64,000 nt of DNA from NCBI GenBank assembly GCA_028688015.1, contig JAQTZB010000012.1, forward strand, positions 11,268 to 75,267, given 5' to 3'. Shown in pieces: positions 55,385-64,000 of this stretch; within the stretch, counting starts at the first letter, position 1; each line of letters opens with the position of its first letter. This stretch comes from Elusimicrobiales bacterium. GTDB taxonomy: Bacteria > Elusimicrobiota > Elusimicrobia > Elusimicrobiales > UBA9959. A program made the translations under genes and the position numbers. The notes beneath the pieces are model-generated. The model saw nothing but the letters and a program-made list of their open reading frames with translations, was not told the origin of the DNA and made no database searches.

Positions 55385-57123
55385 CTGGCCCCCTTCCTGG
55401 CGCAGAACTCTTCCAGGCTGCCCATGAAAGCCGCAACCTGCGCGTTCAGGGAATGCTCATGGCCGGGCAGGTGGCTGCGCTGGTAGATGGCCGCCTCCCG
55501 GCGCAGCTCGGAGAGCGGCACCTCGCCCGTCAGCACCGGCTCCACCAGGTTGACCGTGTCGCCGGGGCGCAGGTAGCGCATCTCGCGCTCCCTGAGCCAG
55601 GCCGCCGGGACGGCGGAGCGGCGCACCAGGGCGGCCGTCACGTTGTCCCAGTAGACCACGGCCCACTCGGAGCGCGGCAGGTAGAACAGGTAGGCCGGGC
55701 GCCAGTAGACCCGCTCCTTGCCGCTGCCGAGGCGCTGCTTCACCGGCACCTTCAGCTCCTGCAGCTTTATCAGCATCAGGTCAAATTTATATTTCGCTAT
55801 CAGCTCGCGCCAGCGGTCCGCGCCCTCGTTCAGGCCGGTCACCTCGGTGATCTTGTCGTGGAACAGGTAGCGCCCGTCGATGAACGGCCGGTAGTCCGGG
55901 GCCAGCTCCCACCCCAGCCAGCCGCCCCAGCCCCAGTGGTTATAGAGCCGCAGCCCGGCCAGCTCCGGTTTATTGGCGCGCAGGAAGGCGGCCAGGCCGT
56001 CGGAGCCCCAGATCACGGCCTTGGGGGAGGTTGCGTACTGCGTCCAGACCAGCGAGTAGTAGAACCAGAACAGCAGGCAGGCCGCGCCCGCGGCGCCGGC
56101 CAGCAGCCGGCGGCGCGCCGCCGGGGCGGGCTCCTCCCACGGCAGGGCCAGCGCGTAGGCCAGGCCGGTCAGGATGAAGAAGGGGATATGCCGCGCGTGG
56201 CTGGCCGAGGCCCAGGCGAAGAAGAGCAGCGCGGCGAAGTGGTGGTACACCGCGTGGCGGCGGCGCAGCGTGAACCAGGCGAAGCTGCCCAGCACGGCGG
56301 GCAGGGCCAGCACGTAGGGCCACTGGTAGGCGTTGGTCAGGTCAAAGGTGGCCCACTCCTGGATGTGCGCCTGCAGCGTGGCTATATACTGCTGGTGGTT
56401 GGCGATGACGGCGTAGATCTTCCAGCCGTAGGGGTTGGCCAGGCTGGCCGCGAGCCCGGTAAAGAATATCTTCAGATACTCCAGGCTGCGGCGCGGCCGC
56501 GCGAACGGCGCCTGGCCGTAGATCCAGGGCAGCTGCTCGGTGAAGAATTCCCCGAAAGCGTAAATACCTACCAGCGCCAGGCCGTAGAGATACCCGGCGT
56601 GCAGGTTGGTCCACAGCGCGAAGAAGGCGGCCGCGGCGGCGTAAGGCAGCGGCCCCGGCGCCGAGGCCAGCCGGCGCCGCTCCAGGAAATACAGCGTCAG
56701 CGCGAAGAACAGCAGTGTAAAATTCTCGGGGCGCAGGTCGCAGTTCGGCATGATGGCCGCCGCGAAGAAAGGCAGCAGCAGCGGCAGCGCCAGGCGCCGC
56801 CCGTAGAGCAGCAGCGTGGAGCGGAAGGCCAGCAGCGTCAGCGCCAGCAGCAGCGCCTTGAAGAGCTGCAGCGCCCTGAAGCCGCCGGCCTCGTAGAGCA
56901 GGTAATAGAAGACCTGGGACAGCCACTCGAAATCCACCCACTCCTTCCCGTAGAGCGGCCAGGAGAGGAAGTCCGTCCGGGGCGGGGCGAAATGGGCCGC
57001 GGTATATTTGCCGGCCGAGAGATGCCAGTAGATGTCCGGGTTAATGACCGGCATCAGGAAGACGGAACAGGCCAGCGCGAAGCCGGCCCAGCCGAGAATA
57101 GTTATGATCCTGTCGCGGTCCAT
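55372..57123 (-). CDS. Polytopic membrane protein, possibly a GT-C-fold glycosyltransferase.
   Basis: More than 10 TM helices followed by a C-terminal soluble region of about 170 aa. No strong motif recognised. Confidence 0.45.
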   Translation of the reverse strand: MDRDRIITILGWAGFALACSVFLMPVINPDIYWHLSAGKYTAAHFAPPRTDFLSWPLYGKEWVDFEWLSQVFYYLLYEAGGFRALQLFKALLLALTLLAFRSTLLLYGRRLALPLLLPFFAAAIMPNCDLRPENFTLLFFALTLYFLERRRLASAPGPLPYAAAAAFFALWTNLHAGYLYGLALVGIYAFGEFFTEQLPWIYGQAPFARPRRSLEYLKIFFTGLAASLANPYGWKIYAVIANHQQYIATLQAHIQEWATFDLTNAYQWPYVLALPAVLGSFAWFTLRRRHAVYHHFAALLFFAWASASHARHIPFFILTGLAYALALPWEEPAPAARRRLLAGAAGAACLLFWFYYSLVWTQYATSPKAVIWGSDGLAAFLRANKPELAGLRLYNHWGWGGWLGWELAPDYRPFIDGRYLFHDKITEVTGLNEGADRWRELIAKYKFDLMLIKLQELKVPVKQRLGSGKERVYWRPAYLFYLPRSEWAVVYWDNVTAALVRRSAVPAAWLREREMRYLRPGDTVNLVEPVLTGEVPLSELRREAAIYQRSHLPGHEHSLNAQVAAFMGSLEEFCARKGARCAK

Positions 57124-57211
57124 GGAGATTAATTCTATAAAATCGCCGCGCCGCGGCGGGAAAAGACTTTTGTCAAAGCGCCCAAAAAGTTGAATATGCT
57201 AAATTCTTCCT

Positions 57212-58636
57212 ATGGAAAAATATTTCAAGTTCGCGGAGCGCGGCACCAATTTCAAGACCGAGCTCCTCTCCGGGGCCGCCACCTTCCTGACGATGGCCTA
57301 CATCATCTTCGTGAACCCGGGCATTCTCTCGGCCGCCGGAGTGCCGTTCGCCGGGGCCGTCACCTCCACCGCCGTCGGCGCGGCCGCGATGAGCCTGCTG
57401 ATGGGCCTGGTCGCCAACCGGCCGCTGGCGCTGGCGAGCGGCATGGGCATCAACGCCGTGCTCACCTTCTCGGTCATCGGCTTCCAGCAGGCCAACGTCC
57501 CGTGGCAGGTGGGCATGTCGGTCATCTTCATCGAAGGCCTGCTGATCCTGGGCCTCGTGGTCACCGGCTTTCGCGAAGCGGTGATGGATTCCATCCCCCT
57601 AAACCTCAAGCGCGCCATAGGCGTGGGCATAGGCCTGTTCATCACCGTCATCGGCCTCAACGAGGGCGGCGTCATCCGCCCGGCCCCTATCACGCTGGTC
57701 TCGCTGGGCGATTTCTCCCAGCCCTACGTCTGGGTCACGCTCATCGGCTTCTTCGCCACGGCCTTCTTCATGGCCTCCAAGGTCAAAGGCGACATCCTCT
57801 GGGGCATTGTGGCCGCCACCGCGGCCGCGCTGCTGCTGGGCGTGACCGCCGTGCCGCGGGGCGCCTTCGCCGCACCGGAATTCTCCACTTTCCTGGCTCC
57901 GTTCCAGCAGGTGAACGGCAAACTGGCGCTGTTCCACGCGCTCACCCCGGCGCTGGCTTTCACCATCTTCGCCATCATGCTGACGGACTTCTTCGACACG
58001 ATGGGCACCGTGGTGGCCGTGGGCGAGCAGGCGGGCTTCGTGAACAAGGACGGCACGGTAAAGGACATCAAGAAGATCCTGCTGGTGGACTCGGCCGCGG
58101 CCGCGGCGGGCGGCCTGTTCGGCGCGAGCTCCATCACCACCTACATCGAATCCGCCGCCGGCGTAGCGGAGGGCGGCCGCACCGGCCTGTCGGCCGTGAT
58201 AACCGGCCTGCTGTTCGGACTCTGCGCCTTCTTCTCTCCGCTGATCCAGATGGTGGGCGGCGGCTACCGCCTGCCCAACGCCAAGCACTACGGTCTGCTG
58301 GTCAACAGCGGCTTCACGCCCCCGGCCGACGTGATCCCTCCCGGCGGCGGCGACTACTTCGTCTACCCCATCACCGCCGGCGCGCTGATCATAGTGGGGT
58401 CGCTCCTGATGAAGACCGTGCGCGAGATAGACTGGGACAAGTTCGACGAGGCCCTGCCGGCCTTCCTGACCATGATCGGCATACCGCTGACCTACAATAT
58501 CAGCTACGGCATCGGCTTCGGCTTCATCACCTATACGGCCATCAAGCTGGCCCGCCGCAAGTTCTCCGACATCCACCCGCTGATGTACGTGGTCAGCGCC
58601 GCGTTCCTGCTGTCCTTCGTCCTGGCGTCAAAATAG
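57212..58636 (+). CDS. NCS2-family (AzgA-type) purine permease.
   Basis: MEKYFKFAERGTNFKTELLSGAATFLTMAYIIFVNPGILSAAG is the hallmark N-terminus. Confidence 0.88.
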   Translation: MEKYFKFAERGTNFKTELLSGAATFLTMAYIIFVNPGILSAAGVPFAGAVTSTAVGAAAMSLLMGLVANRPLALASGMGINAVLTFSVIGFQQANVPWQVGMSVIFIEGLLILGLVVTGFREAVMDSIPLNLKRAIGVGIGLFITVIGLNEGGVIRPAPITLVSLGDFSQPYVWVTLIGFFATAFFMASKVKGDILWGIVAATAAALLLGVTAVPRGAFAAPEFSTFLAPFQQVNGKLALFHALTPALAFTIFAIMLTDFFDTMGTVVAVGEQAGFVNKDGTVKDIKKILLVDSAAAAAGGLFGASSITTYIESAAGVAEGGRTGLSAVITGLLFGLCAFFSPLIQMVGGGYRLPNAKHYGLLVNSGFTPPADVIPPGGGDYFVYPITAGALIIVGSLLMKTVREIDWDKFDEALPAFLTMIGIPLTYNISYGIGFGFITYTAIKLARRKFSDIHPLMYVVSAAFLLSFVLASK

Positions 58637-58695
58637 CCGCGGCAGGCGGCAGACCCGCGCCCCCCGCGAATTTAATATAATTTCAGCGGGCACTA

Positions 58696-60018
58696 ATGTC
58701 TTATTACAAGAGACTCAAGAGGGATCTGCTGGACGCCGCGGCGGCCGGCATTATCACCCCCGACCAGGCAGACCGGGCCTGGGACAAAGCCTACTCTTCA
58801 AGAACTTTCGCCTCCTTCAAGGCCGCGCACTGGATAGGCGCGGCCGCCGGGCTGTTTATAGCGCTCGGCGCCATCCTTATAGTAGCGAGCAACTGGGACA
58901 AGATCGGCGCGCTGGCCAAGATGGGCGCCTTCCTGCTGCTCTTCGCCGGCATAGCCGAGGCCGCCTTGCGCCTGGACGAGAAGCCCGCCGCCGCCATCCC
59001 GCTGGAGACGCTCTGGTTCTTCCTGCCGGTGCTGGGCATCGGCCTGTACGCGCAGATCTTCCAGCTCAGCGGAGACCCCGTGAAGCCATATTTGGCCTGG
59101 GCCGCCCTGTCCGTGCCATTGGCGCTGCTGTCAAAGAGGCCGCTGGCCGCTTACCTTACCGCCATACTGCTGCTAGTTACGCTCTATTGGGGCACCCTGA
59201 ACGGCAAGAACATGCTCTCGCTGGCCGCCTACCGGGGCGCCGGAGACGCCCAGCCGCTGTGGCACTGGGTACTGGCGCTGGCCGTGCTGGCCGGCAGCGT
59301 CCTTCTCTATCCCGGCAAAAAGACCGGGCTGCCGCTGGGCGCCGCCATCGTCTGGCTTTTCCTCATGTTCGTGAGCGATACGGCTATACACCTGAAGTCC
59401 GAGGACCTGGTGCTGCTGGCCGGCATGTCGTTGGCGGTGCTTTGGCTCTCTTTCGGCCGCGAGCAAGAGGAAGAGAAAGCAGGACTGCCGCTGCTGGCCT
59501 GGACAGCCGCCGTCTACGCGATGACCTTCTTCTGGCACTACACCTCCCGCGATTATTACGGGATAAGCCACCAGGACACCGCTGCCGGCGCGGCGTTGGC
59601 CTGGCTGAGTTTCGCCGGCGCTCTCGCCGCGGTTTTTTTAAAGAAGCAGACCCTGCTGCCCGAAGGAAGAACGGAGAAGTACCTGGCCAAGGCCCTGCTG
59701 GCGGCCTCCGTTATCTGCGCCTTGCTGCTCTTCGACGTTAACGAAGTCTCGGCCAAAATACTTGCGGTCGTCGCCAACCTCATCCTGGCGGCCTTCGGCG
59801 CCGGCTGCGTCATCAGCGGCGCGAAGAATTCCGACGAGAAGCTGATCAACCGCGGCATAGCGGTAATAGCGATCACCGCCATCACGCGCTTCTTCGACCT
59901 TTTCGGCGGGCTGCTCAAGAGCGGGCTCGCGTTCATCGTCACCGGCCTCGCCTTCGCGGCGCTGGCCTATTTCATAAACAGGGGCAGGAAAGCCCTTATA
60001 GAGTCGGTGAAGAAATGA
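58696..60018 (+). CDS. Polytopic membrane protein (DUF2157-like as recalled).
   Basis: An N-terminal soluble helix followed by about 11 TM helices. It is coupled to the GDYXXLXY gene by a 4-nt overlap. Confidence 0.55.
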   Translation: MSYYKRLKRDLLDAAAAGIITPDQADRAWDKAYSSRTFASFKAAHWIGAAAGLFIALGAILIVASNWDKIGALAKMGAFLLLFAGIAEAALRLDEKPAAAIPLETLWFFLPVLGIGLYAQIFQLSGDPVKPYLAWAALSVPLALLSKRPLAAYLTAILLLVTLYWGTLNGKNMLSLAAYRGAGDAQPLWHWVLALAVLAGSVLLYPGKKTGLPLGAAIVWLFLMFVSDTAIHLKSEDLVLLAGMSLAVLWLSFGREQEEEKAGLPLLAWTAAVYAMTFFWHYTSRDYYGISHQDTAAGAALAWLSFAGALAAVFLKKQTLLPEGRTEKYLAKALLAASVICALLLFDVNEVSAKILAVVANLILAAFGAGCVISGAKNSDEKLINRGIAVIAITAITRFFDLFGGLLKSGLAFIVTGLAFAALAYFINRGRKALIESVKK

Positions 60019-60518
60019 ATAAGCTCCGCCTCGTCCTCGGCCTGCAGCTCCTCTTCTTCGCGGCATGGGGCGGCTGGCTGCTGGCCTCGCGCAACGCCGA
60101 CACGCCCGAGTTCTACCTGGCCACCTCCCCGGTGGACCCTCGCGACCTGATCTCCGGCACCTATGTCGCCCTGAGCTACGACATCTCCCGCCCCGAGGGC
60201 GGCGCCTGCGCCTCTTTTACCGGCTTCGGCCCGCTGTTCGTAAAGCTCGAGGACCTCGGTAAGACCGCCGTCACCGAAGCCGGCCCGGTGCCGGTCTACG
60301 AGGCGACGGACTGCGCCAAAACCGCCCCGCAGGCGCCCGGCTGGGCCGCCGCCGCCATGCAGTACAACGGCCGGCTGACGGCCGTTTACGGCATAGAAAA
60401 ATTTTTCCTTAACGAGAACGACCCCCGCAAGGACGCCCGCAGCGGCTCCGTGCTGGCGAAGGTGAAAATAGACAAGAACCGCAAGCTGGTTCTGCTGGAT
60501 TTAGTTAAGAAGCTCTGA
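60015..60518 (+). CDS. GDYXXLXY-domain protein.
   Basis: SGTYVALSYDIS matches the G(D/T)YxxLxY signature. N-terminal anchor. Confidence 0.6.
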   Translation: MNKLRLVLGLQLLFFAAWGGWLLASRNADTPEFYLATSPVDPRDLISGTYVALSYDISRPEGGACASFTGFGPLFVKLEDLGKTAVTEAGPVPVYEATDCAKTAPQAPGWAAAAMQYNGRLTAVYGIEKFFLNENDPRKDARSGSVLAKVKIDKNRKLVLLDLVKKL

Positions 60519-60599
60519 CCGCCAGCCGGCGCGCCCGCGCCGCGCAGCCGCAGGCTGGCGCAAACCGCGAGGTTTGCCCTTCAACCGAGGAGGCCACAC

Positions 60600-61661
60600 A
60601 TGCAGCGAACTCAGGAAATGACCAGCGTGCAGCCGGACTGGGAGAAGTTCTATCCCCGCCCTATCTCCGAAAAGATACCCTTCTTCTCCAAGGACGGCCG
60701 CGTCTACGACTGCCTGTTCGCCCAGCAGCTCAACCGCGACCTGCTGACCCTCCTGTTCCGCACGGCCGACCGCCTGCGCGAGGTGACGCAGCACAAGGAC
60801 GGCGCCGACTACGTCTCCGGCCTGCTCTCCGACAAGCGCGCGATGCTCTACTTCGCGCAGCCTTCCACCCGCACGTTCATGTCCTTCCTGAACGCCGCGC
60901 ATATCCTGGGCGTGAAGACCAGCGAGATCCGCGACAGCAGCACTTCCTCCGAAGTAAAGGGCGAGACGCCCGAGGATACCGTGCGCACCTTCTCGAGCTA
61001 CGTGGACATGATCATCATGCGCCACCCGACGCCGGGCTTCGTGGAGAAGACCGCGTGGCTGATGAACCGCACCGGCCGCCCCGTGCCCATCATCAGCGGC
61101 GGCTCCGGCAAGGACCAGCACCCCACGCAGGCGCTGCTGGACGTCTATACCCTCTACCGCAGCTTCAACGGCGATATCGACAACAAGCATATCGTCATGG
61201 TGGGCGACCTCAAGCGCGGACGCACGGTGAGGTCGCTCTCCTACCTGATGAAGAACTACAACAAGATGTCCCTGTCCTTCGTCTCGCCCAAAGAGTTCAA
61301 GATGGAGGCGGACATCCTGGATTTCCTCAAGCGCCACAACATCCCGTACCAGGAGACCGAGGACTTCAAGGGCGTGCTGAAGACCGCCGACGCCATCTAC
61401 ATGACGCGCATCCAGGACGAGCACGACAAGGCCGGCGAGTCCAAGAAAGTGGATTATTCCCCCTTCTACTTCCGCCAGGAGAACCTGAAGGATATCAAGA
61501 AGACCTGCGTGATCCTGCACCCGCTGCCCCGCCGCCACGAGATAGAGGTCTCCGTGGACGACGACCCGCGCGCCGTGTTCTGGCGCCAGGAGCGCAACGG
61601 CATGTGGGCCCGCGCAGCGCTGATGGCCTACATCTTCGGCGTGGACGGCAAGATCCGTTAA
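60600..61661 (+). CDS. Aspartate/ornithine carbamoyltransferase-family protein, closest to ATCase (PyrB-like), with an N-terminal extension.
   Basis: PSTRTFMSF, HPTQALLD, VGDLKRGRTVRSL and HPLPR. Confidence 0.75.
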   Translation: MQRTQEMTSVQPDWEKFYPRPISEKIPFFSKDGRVYDCLFAQQLNRDLLTLLFRTADRLREVTQHKDGADYVSGLLSDKRAMLYFAQPSTRTFMSFLNAAHILGVKTSEIRDSSTSSEVKGETPEDTVRTFSSYVDMIIMRHPTPGFVEKTAWLMNRTGRPVPIISGGSGKDQHPTQALLDVYTLYRSFNGDIDNKHIVMVGDLKRGRTVRSLSYLMKNYNKMSLSFVSPKEFKMEADILDFLKRHNIPYQETEDFKGVLKTADAIYMTRIQDEHDKAGESKKVDYSPFYFRQENLKDIKKTCVILHPLPRRHEIEVSVDDDPRAVFWRQERNGMWARAALMAYIFGVDGKIR

Positions 61662-61716
61662 AATAGGGACAGCGCCCTGTTAATAATAGGGCGCTGTCCC
61701 CAATAAAGAGACAAAG

Positions 61717-62604
61717 ATGAAGAACATCTGTTTATCGCTTTTCCTGGCCGCGGCACTGATGCCGTCGGCGGCCGCCGCCGAAGGCCGCTTCGGCAGCGCC
61801 GTAGCCGCCCTGCGGAGACAGCCGGCAGGCACGCCGGAACAGGCCGTCATCAATGTCCTGAAATATATGCGGCAAAGCCTCGTCCTTGATCCGGACGTTC
61901 CCTTCCAGCGCGAGCCCCATGCCTGGACGGGCCGGGAAGTGGTCGAGGCCGGCACCGTCAACGGCTGCGTGGAGGCAGCAAAGGCGTTCTTCGCCCTCTC
62001 CCGGGCCGCTTACCCGAAATTCAGGCTGGTCTACCTGGACTCCTTCAATTCAACCCGCCCTGACGGCGGCCACGCGGTGGTGGAGGCCGCCGCCTCCGAC
62101 GGACGGGCGTACATAGTGGACACCTCCGCGTTCCAGAGAATGCCCGGCCCGTTCAGGCTGACCGACAAGGACCTTTCCAGGCCCGTGCCCTTCAATCCCA
62201 AGTACACGGGAAAAGTCCTGCAGTTCAACGGGAGCGTAGACGTTTTCGCCACGCATGAGGGCGGCAGGTACCTGCTCTACGTCTACCCCTACGGAACGGT
62301 CTTCGGCGCGCTGAAGGAAAAGCGCGAGTTCGGCACCCTGGAAGAGATGAACCGCGCCCTCGGGAAATACCCCGCCCCCGTGGTCGACGCGGCCTACCTC
62401 CGGGACAAAGGCATTGCCCTGCAGTACCTGGACGCCGGCAGGTCCGCCTTCCTGTTCGGCGGGGCCAGGCACGTGGTCTATACCTGCTATACCAGGCTCC
62501 CCGATCCCGACAACGCGCTGGAGGTTGAGGCAGCCGCGCGGAAGTCCTATGCCGGGACAGGAGCGGCCGGCACCTGCGACCGCGCCGCGCTCCGCCGCCG
62601 GTAG
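61717..62604 (+). CDS. Secreted hypothetical protein.
   Basis: Signal peptide MKNICLSLFLAAALMPSAAAA. No recognised motif. Confidence 0.45.
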   Translation: MKNICLSLFLAAALMPSAAAAEGRFGSAVAALRRQPAGTPEQAVINVLKYMRQSLVLDPDVPFQREPHAWTGREVVEAGTVNGCVEAAKAFFALSRAAYPKFRLVYLDSFNSTRPDGGHAVVEAAASDGRAYIVDTSAFQRMPGPFRLTDKDLSRPVPFNPKYTGKVLQFNGSVDVFATHEGGRYLLYVYPYGTVFGALKEKREFGTLEEMNRALGKYPAPVVDAAYLRDKGIALQYLDAGRSAFLFGGARHVVYTCYTRLPDPDNALEVEAAARKSYAGTGAAGTCDRAALRRR

Positions 62605-62617
62605 AGCCGCACCCGGC

Positions 62618-62653
62618 AAAAAAAACCCCCGGGACCGCCCGGGGGCTTTTTTT
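62618..62653. terminator. Bidirectional intrinsic terminator between convergent genes.
   Basis: aaaaaaaa cccccggg accg cccggggg cttttttt. Confidence 0.65.
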
Positions 62654-62666
62654 GCCTCGTGAGAGC

Positions 62667-64000
62667 TTAGTCGCTCAGCTCGGAGGGGTCGGCGAAGCGG
62701 TCGCGCAGGGAGTTGGCCTGGCCCAACTGCGAGTTGTAGCCGGCCTGCAGACCTTCGTTGTAGACGTTGTAGCTGCTGGCCACGTTCTCCTCGCCCTTGA
62801 TGCGCTTGTCGGTGCTGAGGTCGAGCTTGGCGAAGATGTCGTTGACGTTCACCAACTGGATGACCACCTGCAGCATACTTTCGTAGCCCACGCGGCTCTT
62901 GCCGCGGCCGGCCATGATCTCGGAGAGGCGCTTGGACTTGGCTTTCTGGTCGCCCGCGGCGCTCACGCTGGCGATGTCGGAGACGATCTGCGCCACGTTG
63001 GTGCAGAAAGTGTTGACCACGGAGAGCGGGTCGAAGGCGTCCTCGCCATCGCGCTTGTACTCGGCCAGGGCCTTGCTGGCGGCCTTCCAGTCGTACTTCA
63101 CCTTGCCCTCGCCGTCTATCCTGAAGAGGTTGTAGACCTTGGAGATGATCTCGCGGTCGATCCCCTCCATCACGTTGCAGACGGCCTTCATGATGGTGGC
63201 GGCCGGGGCGCCCACAATGTCGCGCACGGCTTCCTTGGTGAAGACCAGGGAGAAGGACATGATGGCGGATTTATAGCGGCGGGTGTCGGGAATGGGGTTG
63301 CCGTCCGCGTCAGTGCCGGTGGGATTAGCTTCCTCGCCGGCCAGGTGCGGGAACATCGAGTTGGCGTCGATGACGAAGCTGCTGTTGGTGCCGTTGCCCT
63401 GGGTGCCGGCGAACTTCAGGATCTCGTTCATCTCCTCCACCATGCCGCGGGCGTCGGTCTCGTCGTGCTTGATGTAGCCCTCGTAGCGCTGGTAGACCAT
63501 GGCGGCGTCGGAGACCGTGCCGCGGTTGTCCTCGTAGTTGACCACGTAGAAGTTCTGGTTGGTGTTATGCTTGAAGACCTTACCGACGAAAGGCACGTTG
63601 ATGTTGCTGACCGACTCGTTGCGGGAGGCGTTGTTCACGTGCAGCACCTCGCCGCCGCCGCTGGTCTGGTAGCGGTCGTAGCGCTGGCCATTGCTGGTCT
63701 CGCGGTCCATCACTACCGGCAGCACGATGTTCATGCCGTGGGAGGTGGAGTTGAAGTGGTTGGCGCCGGCGAACGTCGAGTTAAGGCCTAGGCCCTGCTG
63801 GGCCACGTCGTCCACGGCCTGCAGCGCCTGCTGGCCGGCGGCGTTATCCTCTATGTCGGAGAAGTCGTTGAAGCGGATGCCCATCTCGATGAGCTTGCGG
63901 ATGATGCCCAGGTCGCCCTTCAGGAAGTCGACCAGTTTGGAGACCTGGTCCTGGTTGCGGGGGTCCACTATGAATTCGAGGAGAATCTTCTTGCCCTTAG
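62667..64000 (-). CDS. Hypothetical protein, partial; the N-terminus lies beyond the right edge.
   Basis: The frame stays open upstream of the listed GTG at 63968 (...KGKKILLEFIVDPRNQ...). Composition is ordinary and non-shadow. No motif recognised. Confidence 0.5.
   Translation of the reverse strand, partial: KGKKILLEFIVDPRNQDQVSKLVDFLKGDLGIIRKLIEMGIRFNDFSDIEDNAAGQQALQAVDDVAQQGLGLNSTFAGANHFNSTSHGMNIVLPVVMDRETSNGQRYDRYQTSGGGEVLHVNNASRNESVSNINVPFVGKVFKHNTNQNFYVVNYEDNRGTVSDAAMVYQRYEGYIKHDETDARGMVEEMNEILKFAGTQGNGTNSSFVIDANSMFPHLAGEEANPTGTDADGNPIPDTRRYKSAIMSFSLVFTKEAVRDIVGAPAATIMKAVCNVMEGIDREIISKVYNLFRIDGEGKVKYDWKAASKALAEYKRDGEDAFDPLSVVNTFCTNVAQIVSDIASVSAAGDQKAKSKRLSEIMAGRGKSRVGYESMLQVVIQLVNVNDIFAKLDLSTDKRIKGEENVASSYNVYNEGLQAGYNSQLGQANSLRDRFADPSELSD

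Noticed and set aside
57124-57211. Purine riboswitch upstream of the NCS2 purine permease.
   Set aside because: The 88-nt spacer is too short. It lacks the conserved three-way-junction sequence of guanine/adenine riboswitches.

Overview
GC-rich bacterial (probably uncultivated-lineage) chromosome segment, densely coding. I found no rRNA, tRNA, CRISPR array, transposase or integrase. All translations and hairpins were worked out by hand, so boundaries are approximate.

Left third, 1-19 kb, all on the minus strand, looks accessory and cell-surface related:
- A giant secreted protein made of about 25 tandem FN3-like modules. It is absent from the ORF track because it runs off the left edge.
- A secreted protein plus an Rrf2 regulator.
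- A tightly packed RiPP-like cassette: HprK-like kinase, PqqD, an unlisted 47-aa Cys-containing peptide ORF, an S24/S26-like peptidase, and a radical SAM/SPASM enzyme.
- Directly upstream of the cassette, and overlapping it, a prepilin-type (type IV pilin / pseudopilin-like) operon. It includes an 832-aa pilin fusion carrying a lamin-tail-like domain.
- A GT2 synthase-like glycosyltransferase.

The rest is largely housekeeping and sensory:
- S8 protease; ECF sigma / anti-sigma / Met-rich periplasmic protein; TPR-SpoIID.
- korAB divergent from sucCD; CorA-like channel; rimO.
- A sensory operon: HTH-REC regulator, TPP enzyme, orphan solute-binding protein, cupin, hybrid histidine kinase, REC.
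- serS; CheY plus a CheC-like protein; metK; phosphohexomutase; glycerate kinase.
- A small radical SAM coupled to CBM48-like and glucan-binding-like proteins; Nif3; MFS; a GT-C-like membrane protein; NCS2 permease; DUF2157 plus GDYXXLXY; an ATCase-like gene.

Most interesting items:
- The RiPP-like cassette with its unannotated precursor.
- An ORF-poor, highly self-complementary segment of about 400 nt between the phosphohexomutase gene and metK. It may be a structured RNA; I could not assign a class.
- Six tandem 9-bp repeats overlapping a sigma70-like promoter.
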